Positions 9,671 through 18,511 of a stretch of DNA of 64,000 nucleotides are shown one piece after another. The stretch's first letter is position 1, and every line of letters begins with the position of its first letter. The stretch comes from an uncultured Spirochaetota bacterium (GTDB lineage: Bacteria; Spirochaetota; Spirochaetia; SZUA-6; CAVTHK01): NCBI GenBank assembly GCA_963734495.1, contig CAVTHK010000011.1, positions 704,001 through 768,000 of the forward strand, in the 5' to 3' direction. The notes beneath the pieces are model-generated. The model was not told the origin of the DNA. It saw nothing but the letters and a program-made list of their open reading frames with translations, and ran no database searches. The position numbers and the translations under genes are program-made.

Positions 9671-10579
9671 ATGCCCGCTTTCGAGCTCTACGATCGCCGC
9701 TACCGGGACTTCGTTCCCGGCAACTCCCTGCTCGAAAAGCTCTGGACGGGAGGCCGCTGGCTCGAGGGGACGGTCTACTTCGGCGACGCGGACCACGTCC
9801 TGTTCAGCGACATCCCGAACAACCGGATGCTGCGCTGGGTCGAAGGCGGCGGGGTGAGCGTCTTTCGGGCCTCCTCCAACTACAGCAACGGCAACACGCG
9901 CGACCGCGAGGGACGGCTGGTCACCTGCCAGCACGGCACGCGCAGCGTGACCCGCACCGAGCCCGACGGCACGATCACGACCCTGGCCGACCGCTGGAAG
10001 GGCAAACGCCTCAACTCGCCGAACGACGTCGTGGTCAAGTCGGACGGCACCGTCTGGTTCACCGACCCGCCGTACGGGATCCTCACCGACTACGAGGGGT
10101 ACAAGGCCGAGAGCGAGATCGGCGCGAGCTACGTCTTCCGGCTCGACCCTCGCACGGGCGACCTCGACGTTGTGGCCGACGATTTCGAGCGGCCCAACGG
10201 TCTCGCGTTCTCGCCGGACGAATCCCGGCTGTACGTGTCGGACACCTCGCGCTCCGAAGACCCCAACGGCCCGCCCTTAATCCGCGTGTTCGACGTCGTC
10301 GACGGCGGCAAGCTCGCGAGGGGACAGCGCTTCGCCGACATGAAGCAGTTCGCCTTCGGACGGCTTCCGCCTCGACACCGAGGGCAACGTCTGGACGAGC
10401 GCCGGCGAGGGCGTCAACTGCTACACGCCCGCGCGGGGAGCTCGTGCTGCGCATCCCGCGTGCCCGAGCGGGTCGCCAACGTCTGCTTCGGCGGGCCGAA
10501 GCGGAACCGTCTCTTCATCGCCGGCCACACTTCGCTGTACTCGATCTTCGTGGGCAAGAACGGCGTCCAGAAGCCGTAA
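9671..10579 (+). CDS. SMP-30/gluconolactonase family protein (internal compensating frameshifts at ~10355-10457)
   Basis: EG, SDIPNNR, NSPND, PNGLAFSPD motifs; the DGFRLDTEGNVW segment lies in another frame. Confidence 0.88.
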   Translation: MPAFELYDRRYRDFVPGNSLLEKLWTGGRWLEGTVYFGDADHVLFSDIPNNRMLRWVEGGGVSVFRASSNYSNGNTRDREGRLVTCQHGTRSVTRTEPDGTITTLADRWKGKRLNSPNDVVVKSDGTVWFTDPPYGILTDYEGYKAESEIGASYVFRLDPRTGDLDVVADDFERPNGLAFSPDESRLYVSDTSRSEDPNGPPLIRVFDVVDGGKLARGQRFADMKQFAFGRLPPRHRGQRLDERRRGRQLLHARAGSSCCASRVPERVANVCFGGPKRNRLFIAGHTSLYSIFVGKNGVQKP

Positions 10580-10590
10580 GGAGCGCGCTC

Positions 10591-12033
10591 GTGGGAGGTT
10601 TGTTCGCCGTCGCTTCGCGCCGGGACTGCGTGGATGCCCTCTTCTACGGGACGGACTACCACTGCCACCTCGGCACGCGGCGCGGCGGGCTCGCCGTCGT
10701 CAACGGCGAGGGCTTCACGCGCTTCATCCACGACATCACCAACGCGCAGTTCAGGAGCAAGTTCGAGACCGACATCTCGCGGATGACGCGGCGCGACCGG
10801 CATCGGGGTCATCAGCGACACCGAGGATCAGCCCCTGATCGTCGGCTCGCACCTGGGCGTCTACGCCATCGCGACCGTCGGCGCGGTGCGCAACCTCGAG
10901 CCGCTCGCCCGCGCGCGGCGTTCGAGAAGCGGACGACGCACTTCTCCGAGATGACGGGCAACGTGATCAACCCGACCGAGCTCGTCGCCACGCTCATCAA
11001 CCAGGAGGCGAGCTTCGAGGAGGGAATCCGCAGGGCTCAGGAGTCAGATTGAAGGCTCGTGCTCGCTGCTGATCCTCAGCCGCGACGGGATCTTCGCGGC
11101 CCGCGACCGCCTCGGCCGTACGCCCCTCGTCCTGGGGCGGAGCGGCGAGGGTCTCGCCGTCGCCTCGGAATCGTGCGCGCTGCCCAACCTCGGCTTCGAG
11201 CCGGTGCGGGACCTCGGGCCCGGCGAGGTCGTCCGGATCACGGCGGACGGCGCGGAGACGCGCGTGGCGCCCCGCGAACGACCTTCAGTATTTGCTCATT
11301 CCTCTGGGTCTACTACGGCTACCCCGCGTCGTCGTACGAAGGCGTCAACGTCGAGCAGATGCGCTACAGGAGCGGCGCCGCGCTCGCAGCGGCCGACCGC
11401 GCCGCGGACGGCGGCTTCGCGATCGACACGGTCGCAGGCATCCCGGACTCGGGCACGTCCCACGCGCTCGGCTACGCGCGCGAGGCGGGGCTGCCGTACG
11501 CGAGGCCCTTCGTGAAGTACACGCCGACCTGGGCGCGCAGCTTCATGCCGCAGAGCCAGGGCGGCGCGCGACCTGGTCGCCCGCATGAAGCTCATCCCCA
11601 TCCGCGAGCTCGTGGAGGGGAGGAGGCTCCTGTTCTGCGACGACTCGATCGTGCGGGGCACGCAGCTGCGCGACACCTTTGCGCGGCTCTTCGACCTCGG
11701 CGCGCGGGAGGTGCACCTGCGCATCGCCTGCCCGCCTCTGCTCTTCGGCTGCCCCTTCCTCAATTTCTCGCGCTCGCGGCTCGGAGATGGACCTCGCGGC
11801 GCGCAAGGCCGTGGCGCAGCTCGAAGGCGGCGCCGCCCCGGCCGCGCGCGGGAAGCCTGTGCCCGACGCCTACCTGGACCCTTCGACGCGCGGAGTACCG
11901 CGAGATGGTCGGCCTCATCGCCCGCTCGCTCGGCGTGACGTCGCTGCGCTACCAGACCCTCGATGGGATGGTGTCGAGCATCGGCCTCGCGCGCGAGCGC
12001 CTGTGCACTCACTGCTGGGCGGACGGCCGCTGA
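10591..12033 (+). pseudogene. purF: Amidophosphoribosyltransferase-like gene (PurF variant lacking Cys1), multiply frameshifted as assembled
   Basis: Pieces in different frames: GGLF...GTDYHCHLGTRRGG, ARDRLGRTPL, CSFLWVYYGYP, GIPDSG, DDSIVRGT, CPP, CTHCW. The frameshifts may be assembly errors. Confidence 0.8.
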
Positions 12034-12052
12034 CGGCTGCCGGCCCGGAGCG

Positions 12053-13301
12053 CTACCGGCCGCCGAGGGCGAAGATCGCGCCGTCCCACAGGCGGCGCAC
12101 CAGGCCTCCGCGGGGCACGTCCTTGCCGGGGACGAGCGGCACGCGGAGAATCTCGTCTCCGCGCAGGCTTACGACCACCCAGCCGAGCGGCTCGCTCGCG
12201 GCGAGCGGCGCGCGGAGGCGCTCGCGGTACTCGCGCCGCGTCGTGACAAAGACGGTCGACTCGCGGGGCACGGTCACCACCGGCCGCTCCAGCACGACCG
12301 CCACGCGGCCGCCGGGCGCCCCGTACACGCGGGCCTTCGGAAGCGCAGGCAGCCTCGGCGCGAACGTGGTCCAGGCGTAGAATGCGTAGGTGAGGACGCT
12401 CGTGGAGTCGACCGCGCGGTTGATGCCGCCGTCGCGGGCGGAATCCCCCTGGCCGCCGAGGATGACGGCGACGACCTTCATCTGCCCGCGCCCGGCGTAC
12501 AGCGCGATGTTGTAGCCCGATTCTTCGATGTAGCCCGTCTTCAGGCCCTCGACGCCGTCGAGCCTCCCGATGAGCTCGTTGTGATTCGGCCTCGTCACCG
12601 TGGGCCGCGAGCCCCTCATGAAGGGGGCGAGGTTCTCGGGCCGCGGGTAGGAGAACTCGGCGAGCGCGTGGAGGCTCGCGATCGCCTGGGGGTGCGCCCG
12701 CACGTAGAGCCGGCAGAAGCGCGCGTACTCGCCCGCGGTCGTGGTGTTCTTTTCGCTGTATCCCGACGGGTCCACGAAGCGCGTGGCCTGCAGCCCCAGC
12801 CGCCGGGCCTCGGCGTTCATCCGCTCCACGAAAGCCGGCAGGCTGCCGCCGATGTACTCCGCCACCGCCACCGCGGCGTCGTTGCCCGACGGGAGAGCGA
12901 TCCCTTCCATGAGCTCCCGGAGCGTGACCTGCTGGCCGGGCTCCAGGAACATGAGCGAAGAGCCGGCCGGCTGGTTCTTGGCCCACGCCCGGATGCTGAC
13001 CGGCACCTTGTCGGCGAGGGAGACTGTCGCCGGCTTCGACCTTGAGCCAGGCGAGGTGGAGCGTCATGAGCTTCGTGAGCGAAGCGGGCGGGATGACGAG
13101 GTCGGGCTCCTTGGAGTACAGGACGGCGCCCGTATCGACGTCGACGGCGACCGCGGACCGCGCCAGGAGCGCGGGCGGCGGGGTTTCGGGCGGCGCGTCC
13201 TCGTCGCCCGCGTCCCGCTGCGGGCCGCGCGCGCAGGCCGAGAGCGAGAGCGCGCAGGCGGCGGCGGTCAGGAGCCGGAGGGCGTATCGCAGGCGGAGCA
13301 T
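12053..13301 (-). CDS. dacA: D-alanyl-D-alanine carboxypeptidase (S11), frameshift near 13020
   Basis: PASLTK (SxxK), SGN, KTG motifs; lipoprotein-like N-terminus. Confidence 0.85.
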
Positions 13302-13402
13302 CGGGTCTTTCCTTTGTGCGAGTCGTCTCGAGATCGACAGTGGTCCGTTAGGCGCCTTCTTATACCATGTTCCCTTCGGGGGCATCCAGAGCGGGGCACC
13401 CC

Positions 13403-13470
13403 CGCGGGCAGCGGTTCCCGGCGAGGGGGTGGCGGGGCGGGGCGGGCTTGGGCTGCGTCGGGAACGGCCG
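13403..13470 (+). repeat. Left copy of ~68-bp inverted repeat
   Basis: Nearly identical to the reverse complement of 16659-16728; internal GTTCCCG...CGGGAAC palindrome. Confidence 0.9.
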
Positions 13471-13479
13471 AGCCAAGGG

Positions 13480-14290
13480 GGAATGGGGGGCCTACAAGAG
13501 CGGAGTAGCGCGGGTTTGGCGGGTCAGCGTCGCAAAGACCGGCAGACCCCTGGCCAATCGCACGCTGGTGGTGAGGATGAAGGCCGTGAAAGCGCTGTTC
13601 TCCTTCCTCACCCGAGAGGGCACGGTGCTGCGGGACCCGACGTCGGACGTGGCTTCACCGCGTGAACAGGTCATCCTGAGCCGCAACGTGCTCTTGCAGG
13701 ATGAGGTTCGCGAGCTGATCCAGCGCACGCGCCCCGTTGATCCGCTCTCGATGAGGAACCGGGCGATCGCGGAGCTGTTCTACGCTTGCGGGGGGTGCGG
13801 ACCTCGGAGCTCTGCGACCTGAAAGTTGGGGACCTGGACCTCAAGGAGCAGACGGTCACGATCGTTCCATGGCAAGGGTGGGCGACCTCGTATCGTGCCC
13901 ATCGGGAAGTACGCCGTGCACTACATCGAGCTGTACCTCGCGGATTCCCGAAAGCACATGCTGGCGGGGCGACGGGAAGATCCCGGTAACCTGTTCCTTT
14001 CCGGCAGAGGCAATCCGTTTGACCGGTCGTCGATCAACAAGACGGTGATGCGATCCGTGGGGAAGGCGCTTTCGGACGGCAAGAGAATCTCTGCCTACAC
14101 GTTACGTCACTCGATCGCTATGCATTTGCGCGGCAACGGCCTCGACGTAGTCCACATCGCGAAGCTACTCGGTCACCGCTCGCTGCGGACCACGCAGCGC
14201 TCCCTCAACGTCGAGATCGGCGACCTGAAACGGCCGCACGCGCGTTTGCATCCCAGAGAGGTTGGCACAACGCGCGTCGGACAACTGTAG
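13480..14290 (+). pseudogene. XerC/XerD-like tyrosine recombinase, 5'-truncated, frameshifted, catalytic Tyr lost
   Basis: RNRAIAELFY, VRTSEL, GKG, YTLRHS, LLGH; TTQRS where TTQRY is expected; frameshifts at ~13790 and ~13868. Confidence 0.85.
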
Positions 14291-14328
14291 TCTCTGACGC
14301 TCGACCCTGGAACGCCGTCGTCCACCGC

Positions 14329-14357
14329 TTGACTGAGGTTAGCATATTTGCTAACTT
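14329..14357 (+). promoter_or_regulatory. Sigma70-like promoter overlapped by a palindromic TA operator
   Basis: TTGACT-17nt-TAACTT; GTTAGCA-TATT-TGCTAAC palindrome at 14338-14355. Confidence 0.75.
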
Positions 14358-14363
14358 CATGGC

Positions 14364-14690
14364 GTGCCGTATGCCGTCGACTACTTCAACCGGCGCGTAC
14401 TCGACGAGGTCGAGTCGTGGCCGGTCGGTATCCTGGCGCACTACGCGCGGCTTGTCGAGCTTCTCATCGAGTTCGGCCCGGACCTGAGAATGCCACACTC
14501 CCGTCCGATGGGCGGAGGGCTCTTCGAGCTGCGCCCTCGTGGACGGGAAGGCATCGGACGGGCGCTGTACTGCTTTGTGGCGGGGCGGCGGGTCGTAATC
14601 CTTCATGCGTTCGGCAAGAAGACGAGGGCCACGCCTCTGCGCGACCTGGACATCGCCCGCAAACGGATGAGGGAGGTGCGCAATGGCTAA
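14364..14690 (+). CDS. RelE/ParE-superfamily (Gp49/HigB-like) toxin
   Basis: GLFELR, RALYCF, ILHAFGKKT; precedes HTH gene. Confidence 0.9.
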   Translation: MPYAVDYFNRRVLDEVESWPVGILAHYARLVELLIEFGPDLRMPHSRPMGGGLFELRPRGREGIGRALYCFVAGRRVVILHAFGKKTRATPLRDLDIARKRMREVRNG

Positions 14691-15048
14691 GAGCGAATGC
14701 AGTCCGGTCTCCCACGACCATGACGCGTTTCTCAAGCGGGCCCTCAAGAGAAAGGGTTTCCGCGAAGCCTACGATGATCTGGAGGACGAGTACCTGCTGG
14801 TGCGCGAACTCCTGGCGGCCCGCGCGCAAGCCGGCCTCACGCAAGAGGAGGTCGCGGCGTCCATGGGCACCACCAAGAGTGCGGTCTCGCGGCTGGAGGG
14901 CGCCGGCAAGCACTCGCCGTCGGTGAGTACGCTGAAGAAATACGCGAAGGCCGTCGGGTGCGACGTCAAGATAAGGATCGTCCCAGCTCCTCGGCGAGCA
15001 GGCGCATCCAGAAGACGGCGCACTCGCTCGGGTGTTTCCGGCCCGTAG
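14683..15048 (+). CDS. HTH (Xre) antitoxin, HigA-like
   Basis: AGLTQEEVAASMGTTKSAVSRLE HTH; overlaps toxin. Confidence 0.9.
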   Translation: MAKSECSPVSHDHDAFLKRALKRKGFREAYDDLEDEYLLVRELLAARAQAGLTQEEVAASMGTTKSAVSRLEGAGKHSPSVSTLKKYAKAVGCDVKIRIVPAPRRAGASRRRRTRSGVSGP

Positions 15049-15091
15049 GCTGGCGGCGACGTGCACGCAGCGGGCAGCCAAGACAGCCGAA

Positions 15092-15577
15092 ATGCAGAAA
15101 CTGACGCCGGCAAACTACACGACTGACAGACTCTATCCGCGCGTGGCGCGTGCCGTAACCGAGCTCTTGGCCAGCGGTTTGCCAGTTTCAACACCCGCGG
15201 TGTTCGTGAAGATGGGGATGCTGTCGGAAGGGAGTCTGAAGGCGTGGCGTGATGGCAAGGTTCCCCACTTGGAGCGCGTCATTGCGGGTAGCCTCGGCAA
15301 GACGAGCCGGATCGTGCGTATCGTTTCCCTCTACGCGCACGATTTGAACCTTCCGCCTGCGCCGCCTCATGTGGCGGGACCCATCAAACACAAGGGGCAC
15401 GCTCTGCGTTTCTGCAAGACCGGCGAGCCCCGCGTTGAGGAAGCCTACCGGAGGGTCTTCAGCCCTCGTCTACCTGGCTGGAAGGTCGTGCCGACACCCG
15501 AGGAACGACACGCAAGAGCCAAGTCCGGGGGTGTCCTACAAGGCGGGGAACTCGACGGGACCGATTGTTTCGGATGA
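15092..15577 (+). CDS. Conserved hypothetical protein
   Basis: Protein-like ORF (WRDGKVPHLERVI, LRFCKTG). Confidence 0.65.
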   Translation: MQKLTPANYTTDRLYPRVARAVTELLASGLPVSTPAVFVKMGMLSEGSLKAWRDGKVPHLERVIAGSLGKTSRIVRIVSLYAHDLNLPPAPPHVAGPIKHKGHALRFCKTGEPRVEEAYRRVFSPRLPGWKVVPTPEERHARAKSGGVLQGGELDGTDCFG

Positions 15578-15900
15578 CGTAGTGGTCACCTTGATTTACT
15601 AAGAACATCCGGGAGGAACAGCCCAAGAAGGCGGCCGTGCTGCCGCAGCTCGCCGGAAGGCGGACGCCTCGGTGGGTGGTGGTCTCCGGCCACGTCGCGG
15701 AAGACGACGCACGCATCAGCGACGGCCGAGACCGGTCACTCTCCCCGCATGATCTGCGGCTCGCTCGCGGGGTCGACCTGTACCTGCTGCCTGCCACCAG
15801 GGGCGAGAAGCGATCCGGCAGAAGTGGGCCGACGAAACGAACGCGACCGTCCACGGCTGCGAAAGCGAGACCGAGAGCGCCCTGAGCACGTTGTCCGCTG

Positions 15901-16122
15901 ATGGCGCTGCTGGAGAACGCCCCGCATTGGTTCGCGCGCTGGCGGGAAGCGAAAGACCGGCGGCGCCCACACTTCCCCGAGCTGCGGCGGCTCTGCGATG
16001 AACTCCGGACGGACTTCGCCGCGGCTAACGACGCCATCGGCGCCGCCGTTGACCTGGGCGCCTTCCGTGATATTCTGGCCGCGGCGCAGCGCCACGCGCC
16101 GATCCTCAACGACCTCGGCTGA
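15901..16122 (+). CDS. Short hypothetical protein or fragment
   Basis: 73-aa ORF with helical composition. Confidence 0.3.
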   Translation: MALLENAPHWFARWREAKDRRRPHFPELRRLCDELRTDFAAANDAIGAAVDLGAFRDILAAAQRHAPILNDLG

Positions 16123-16159
16123 TCACCACCACATCCGGCGGTGCCTGAAGGAACAGTGA

Positions 16160-16495
16160 ATGGCGGAATACGGTGAATGGAATCGAAAAGGGGCAACCCT
16201 GAGCGAGGTCACCGCGCAGAAGGAATACGGCGTGAGCCGCGACTTTATCGTTAGGGGCATCCAGAGCGGAAAGCTCGAATACAGAGATGGAGCGATATGG
16301 GGTAACCCGTATCTGCGGATTCTGAGGAGTCAGCTTGAGCAGTACATCGTTGTGGAGCTTGGGTCGGCCTACTTGGCGAGCAAGAGGAACAAGACAGAAC
16401 TGCGCATGATCAAGAAGGAAATGGCCGACCTGAAAAAGAGACTGGATCAACTTCAGGCGCGAAGAACAGAGCTTGAGGAACAGATGGGGGAATAG
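16160..16495 (+). CDS. Hypothetical protein, HTH-like N-terminus plus coiled coil
   Basis: TAQKEYGVSRDFI...GNPY; C-terminal heptad pattern. Confidence 0.75.
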   Translation: MAEYGEWNRKGATLSEVTAQKEYGVSRDFIVRGIQSGKLEYRDGAIWGNPYLRILRSQLEQYIVVELGSAYLASKRNKTELRMIKKEMADLKKRLDQLQARRTELEEQMGE

Positions 16496-16658
16496 GGAAC
16501 GGACCAAGGCACTTTCTCCGTTCCAGAGCGTGATGGATACCCCTGCCGCGCACTGCGCCTCCAAGCCGCGGAGGCCACCTGGTCGGTTTCCGCCGGACCC
16601 GCGCATTGCCCGTTTCCGGCCAACTCGGGAAACCGCGCGTTGTCGTGCGGCGTATTGC

Positions 16659-16728
16659 CGGCCGTTCCCGACGCAGCCCAAGCCCGCCCCACCCCCGCCA
16701 CTCCCTCGCCGGGAACACGCAGCCCGCG
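16659..16728 (-). repeat. Right copy of inverted repeat
   Basis: Reverse complement matches 13403-13470 with a few mismatches and indels. Confidence 0.9.
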
Positions 16729-16767
16729 AGCGTTGACGCTTCGAGCGCGGCGTCGGTAGACTGTCTC

Positions 16768-17133
16768 GTGCTCATTCTGAAATCCAGCAGAGTCCTCGCG
16801 GCCGCGGTGACGCTGGCCATCCTCGTGCTGTCGCTCGTGCCGCAAAGCTCGGCGCCCGACCCGCTGCACAACGACAAGGCCGAGCATGCGACGGCCTACG
16901 CCGCGCTGGGGCTGCTCGCGTTCCTCGCCACCGGCAAGAGGAGCGCCGCGGTCATCCTCGCCACCATCGGGGTCTGCAGCCTGTACGGGGGCCTCATCGA
17001 AATCATCCAGCCCTGGTTCGGCAGGAACCGCGAGCTCGGGGACTGGGTCGCCGACATCGGCGGGGCGCTCGCCGGGACGCTTCTCGGAGCGCTCGCCCGG
17101 TCTCTGCTCGACCAGCGCGCGCGAGCTCGTTGA
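16768..17133 (+). CDS. VanZ family membrane protein
   Basis: DKAEHATAY, EIIQ...R...DWVAD; TM helices. Confidence 0.85.
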   Translation: MLILKSSRVLAAAVTLAILVLSLVPQSSAPDPLHNDKAEHATAYAALGLLAFLATGKRSAAVILATIGVCSLYGGLIEIIQPWFGRNRELGDWVADIGGALAGTLLGALARSLLDQRARAR

Positions 17134-17143
17134 CCCGCGCGGG

Positions 17144-18355
17144 TCACTCCAGCTTCACTGTGGCCTGAAGCCGCTTGATCACCAGCGTCGCGTAGCAGCC
17201 GCGAGGCAGGAAGAAGGCGAGCGTCAGCTTCGCCCGTCCCGGGTAGAGGTCGTCGCCGGCCTCCTCCAGCACCTCGAGCCGCTCCGGCAGCGCGAGGGCC
17301 GACCGCGTCACCCCGTGCACCTCCATCCGCGGGAGCTGCCTCACGCGCAGGTCCGCGAGCGCGACGCCTTCGCGCTGCAGCACTTCGGCCGCCGCCTCGG
17401 CCGCCAGCGGGTCGGCGATGACGCTGTCGTGGCCGGGCACGGGCAGCTCGAGGCCCCGCAGCAGCCCGGAGAGCTCCTCGGGCAGCGACTCGGGCAACAG
17501 CAGGTCGCCCCAGCGCGTGCGGTAACGCAGCGCGGGGAACGGGCACCGGGCCCGCAGGCGGACCAGCACCCCCGAGAGGATCTCGTTGAAGAGGAACGAC
17601 TGGTACGCGTTGATCATGAGCAGCAGCAGGCGCCGGTCGATCATGAGGAGCGCCCTGCGGAACGCTCGCTTGTTCGCCGCGAGGTATTCGAGCATCGGGC
17701 GGTACTCGCCGAACGCGAGCGGGAGGCAGGCGTCCCACTTTCCCCAGTTCTCGGTCACGCACGTCTTGAGCCGCCGCACCCGGCTTTCGTCGTGCCCCGA
17801 GGGCTCGAAGTACAGCCGCAGCGCCTGCTCGCGCCTGCCGAGAAAGATCTCCTTGCCGACCCAGCCCTTGCCGTGGCGCGCGGAGCCGAAGCGCTGCTCG
17901 TCGTAGTAGTTGGGCACGCCCCACCGCGCGACCGCGTCCACGCGCGAGCGCGCCTGCGCCAGCTCGGCGCCCGGCATGTCGCGCAGCGTGATGGTAAAGT
18001 GATTGCCGCGGATCAGGGCGGCGGTGACGGGCTCGGCCATGTAGCCCAGCGGCCGCAGGCTGAAGTTGCGCTCCTCGACCGTCTTCGGCCCTCCGCCGCG
18101 CGCGCGCAGCGCAGCCGCGCGGATCGAAACGAGCTGCTCCGTCGCGCCGAACCGGTCCTTGATCCCCCCGTACGAGATGTCCGCGCGCGCGACGCCGAGC
18201 CTGCGCGAGAGCAGGCTCACCAGGTCGAAGGTGTCCCACTGCCGCTTCGCCAGCGCGAACACCGCAAAGCGGTCCGGCGCGGGGCGCGGCGCGACGAGCG
18301 GCTCCTCGCGGACCACGAAGTCCTCGGGCCGCACCTTCACCTTCATCATGGCCAT
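17144..18355 (-). CDS. truD: tRNA pseudouridine(13) synthase
   Basis: KVRPEDFVVRE, GGIKD, PNYYDEQRFG, AYQSFLFN, FFLPRGCYAT. Confidence 0.93.
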   Translation of the reverse strand: MAMMKVKVRPEDFVVREEPLVAPRPAPDRFAVFALAKRQWDTFDLVSLLSRRLGVARADISYGGIKDRFGATEQLVSIRAAALRARGGGPKTVEERNFSLRPLGYMAEPVTAALIRGNHFTITLRDMPGAELAQARSRVDAVARWGVPNYYDEQRFGSARHGKGWVGKEIFLGRREQALRLYFEPSGHDESRVRRLKTCVTENWGKWDACLPLAFGEYRPMLEYLAANKRAFRRALLMIDRRLLLLMINAYQSFLFNEILSGVLVRLRARCPFPALRYRTRWGDLLLPESLPEELSGLLRGLELPVPGHDSVIADPLAAEAAAEVLQREGVALADLRVRQLPRMEVHGVTRSALALPERLEVLEEAGDDLYPGRAKLTLAFFLPRGCYATLVIKRLQATVKLE

Positions 18356-18511
18356 TATAGGGAAGGCGGCCCCGGCGGGTAAACGCCGCATCCCGCGGCC
18401 GTTTCCGATTCGCCCGAGGGAACCCGCGCGCCGTGAGACACGACCTACCGAGTGCGCTACCATTGCATCCGGCCGGCGGCCGCACGCCGCTCCGGCCGGG
18501 CGGAGGCTCCC

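Larger units (their letters stand above)
13403..16728. mobile_element. Small genomic island bounded by inverted repeats (recombinase remnant, TA pair, hypotheticals)
   Basis: Flanking inverted repeats, visibly lower GC and different codon style, recombinase and TA cargo between dacA and vanZ. Confidence 0.7.

Noticed and set aside
13480-16500. Possible integron (recombinase plus co-oriented small genes and TA)
   Set aside because: No IntI-specific insertion seen, recombinase is co-oriented with the cargo, and no attC (RYYYAAC...GTTRRRY) hairpins found.
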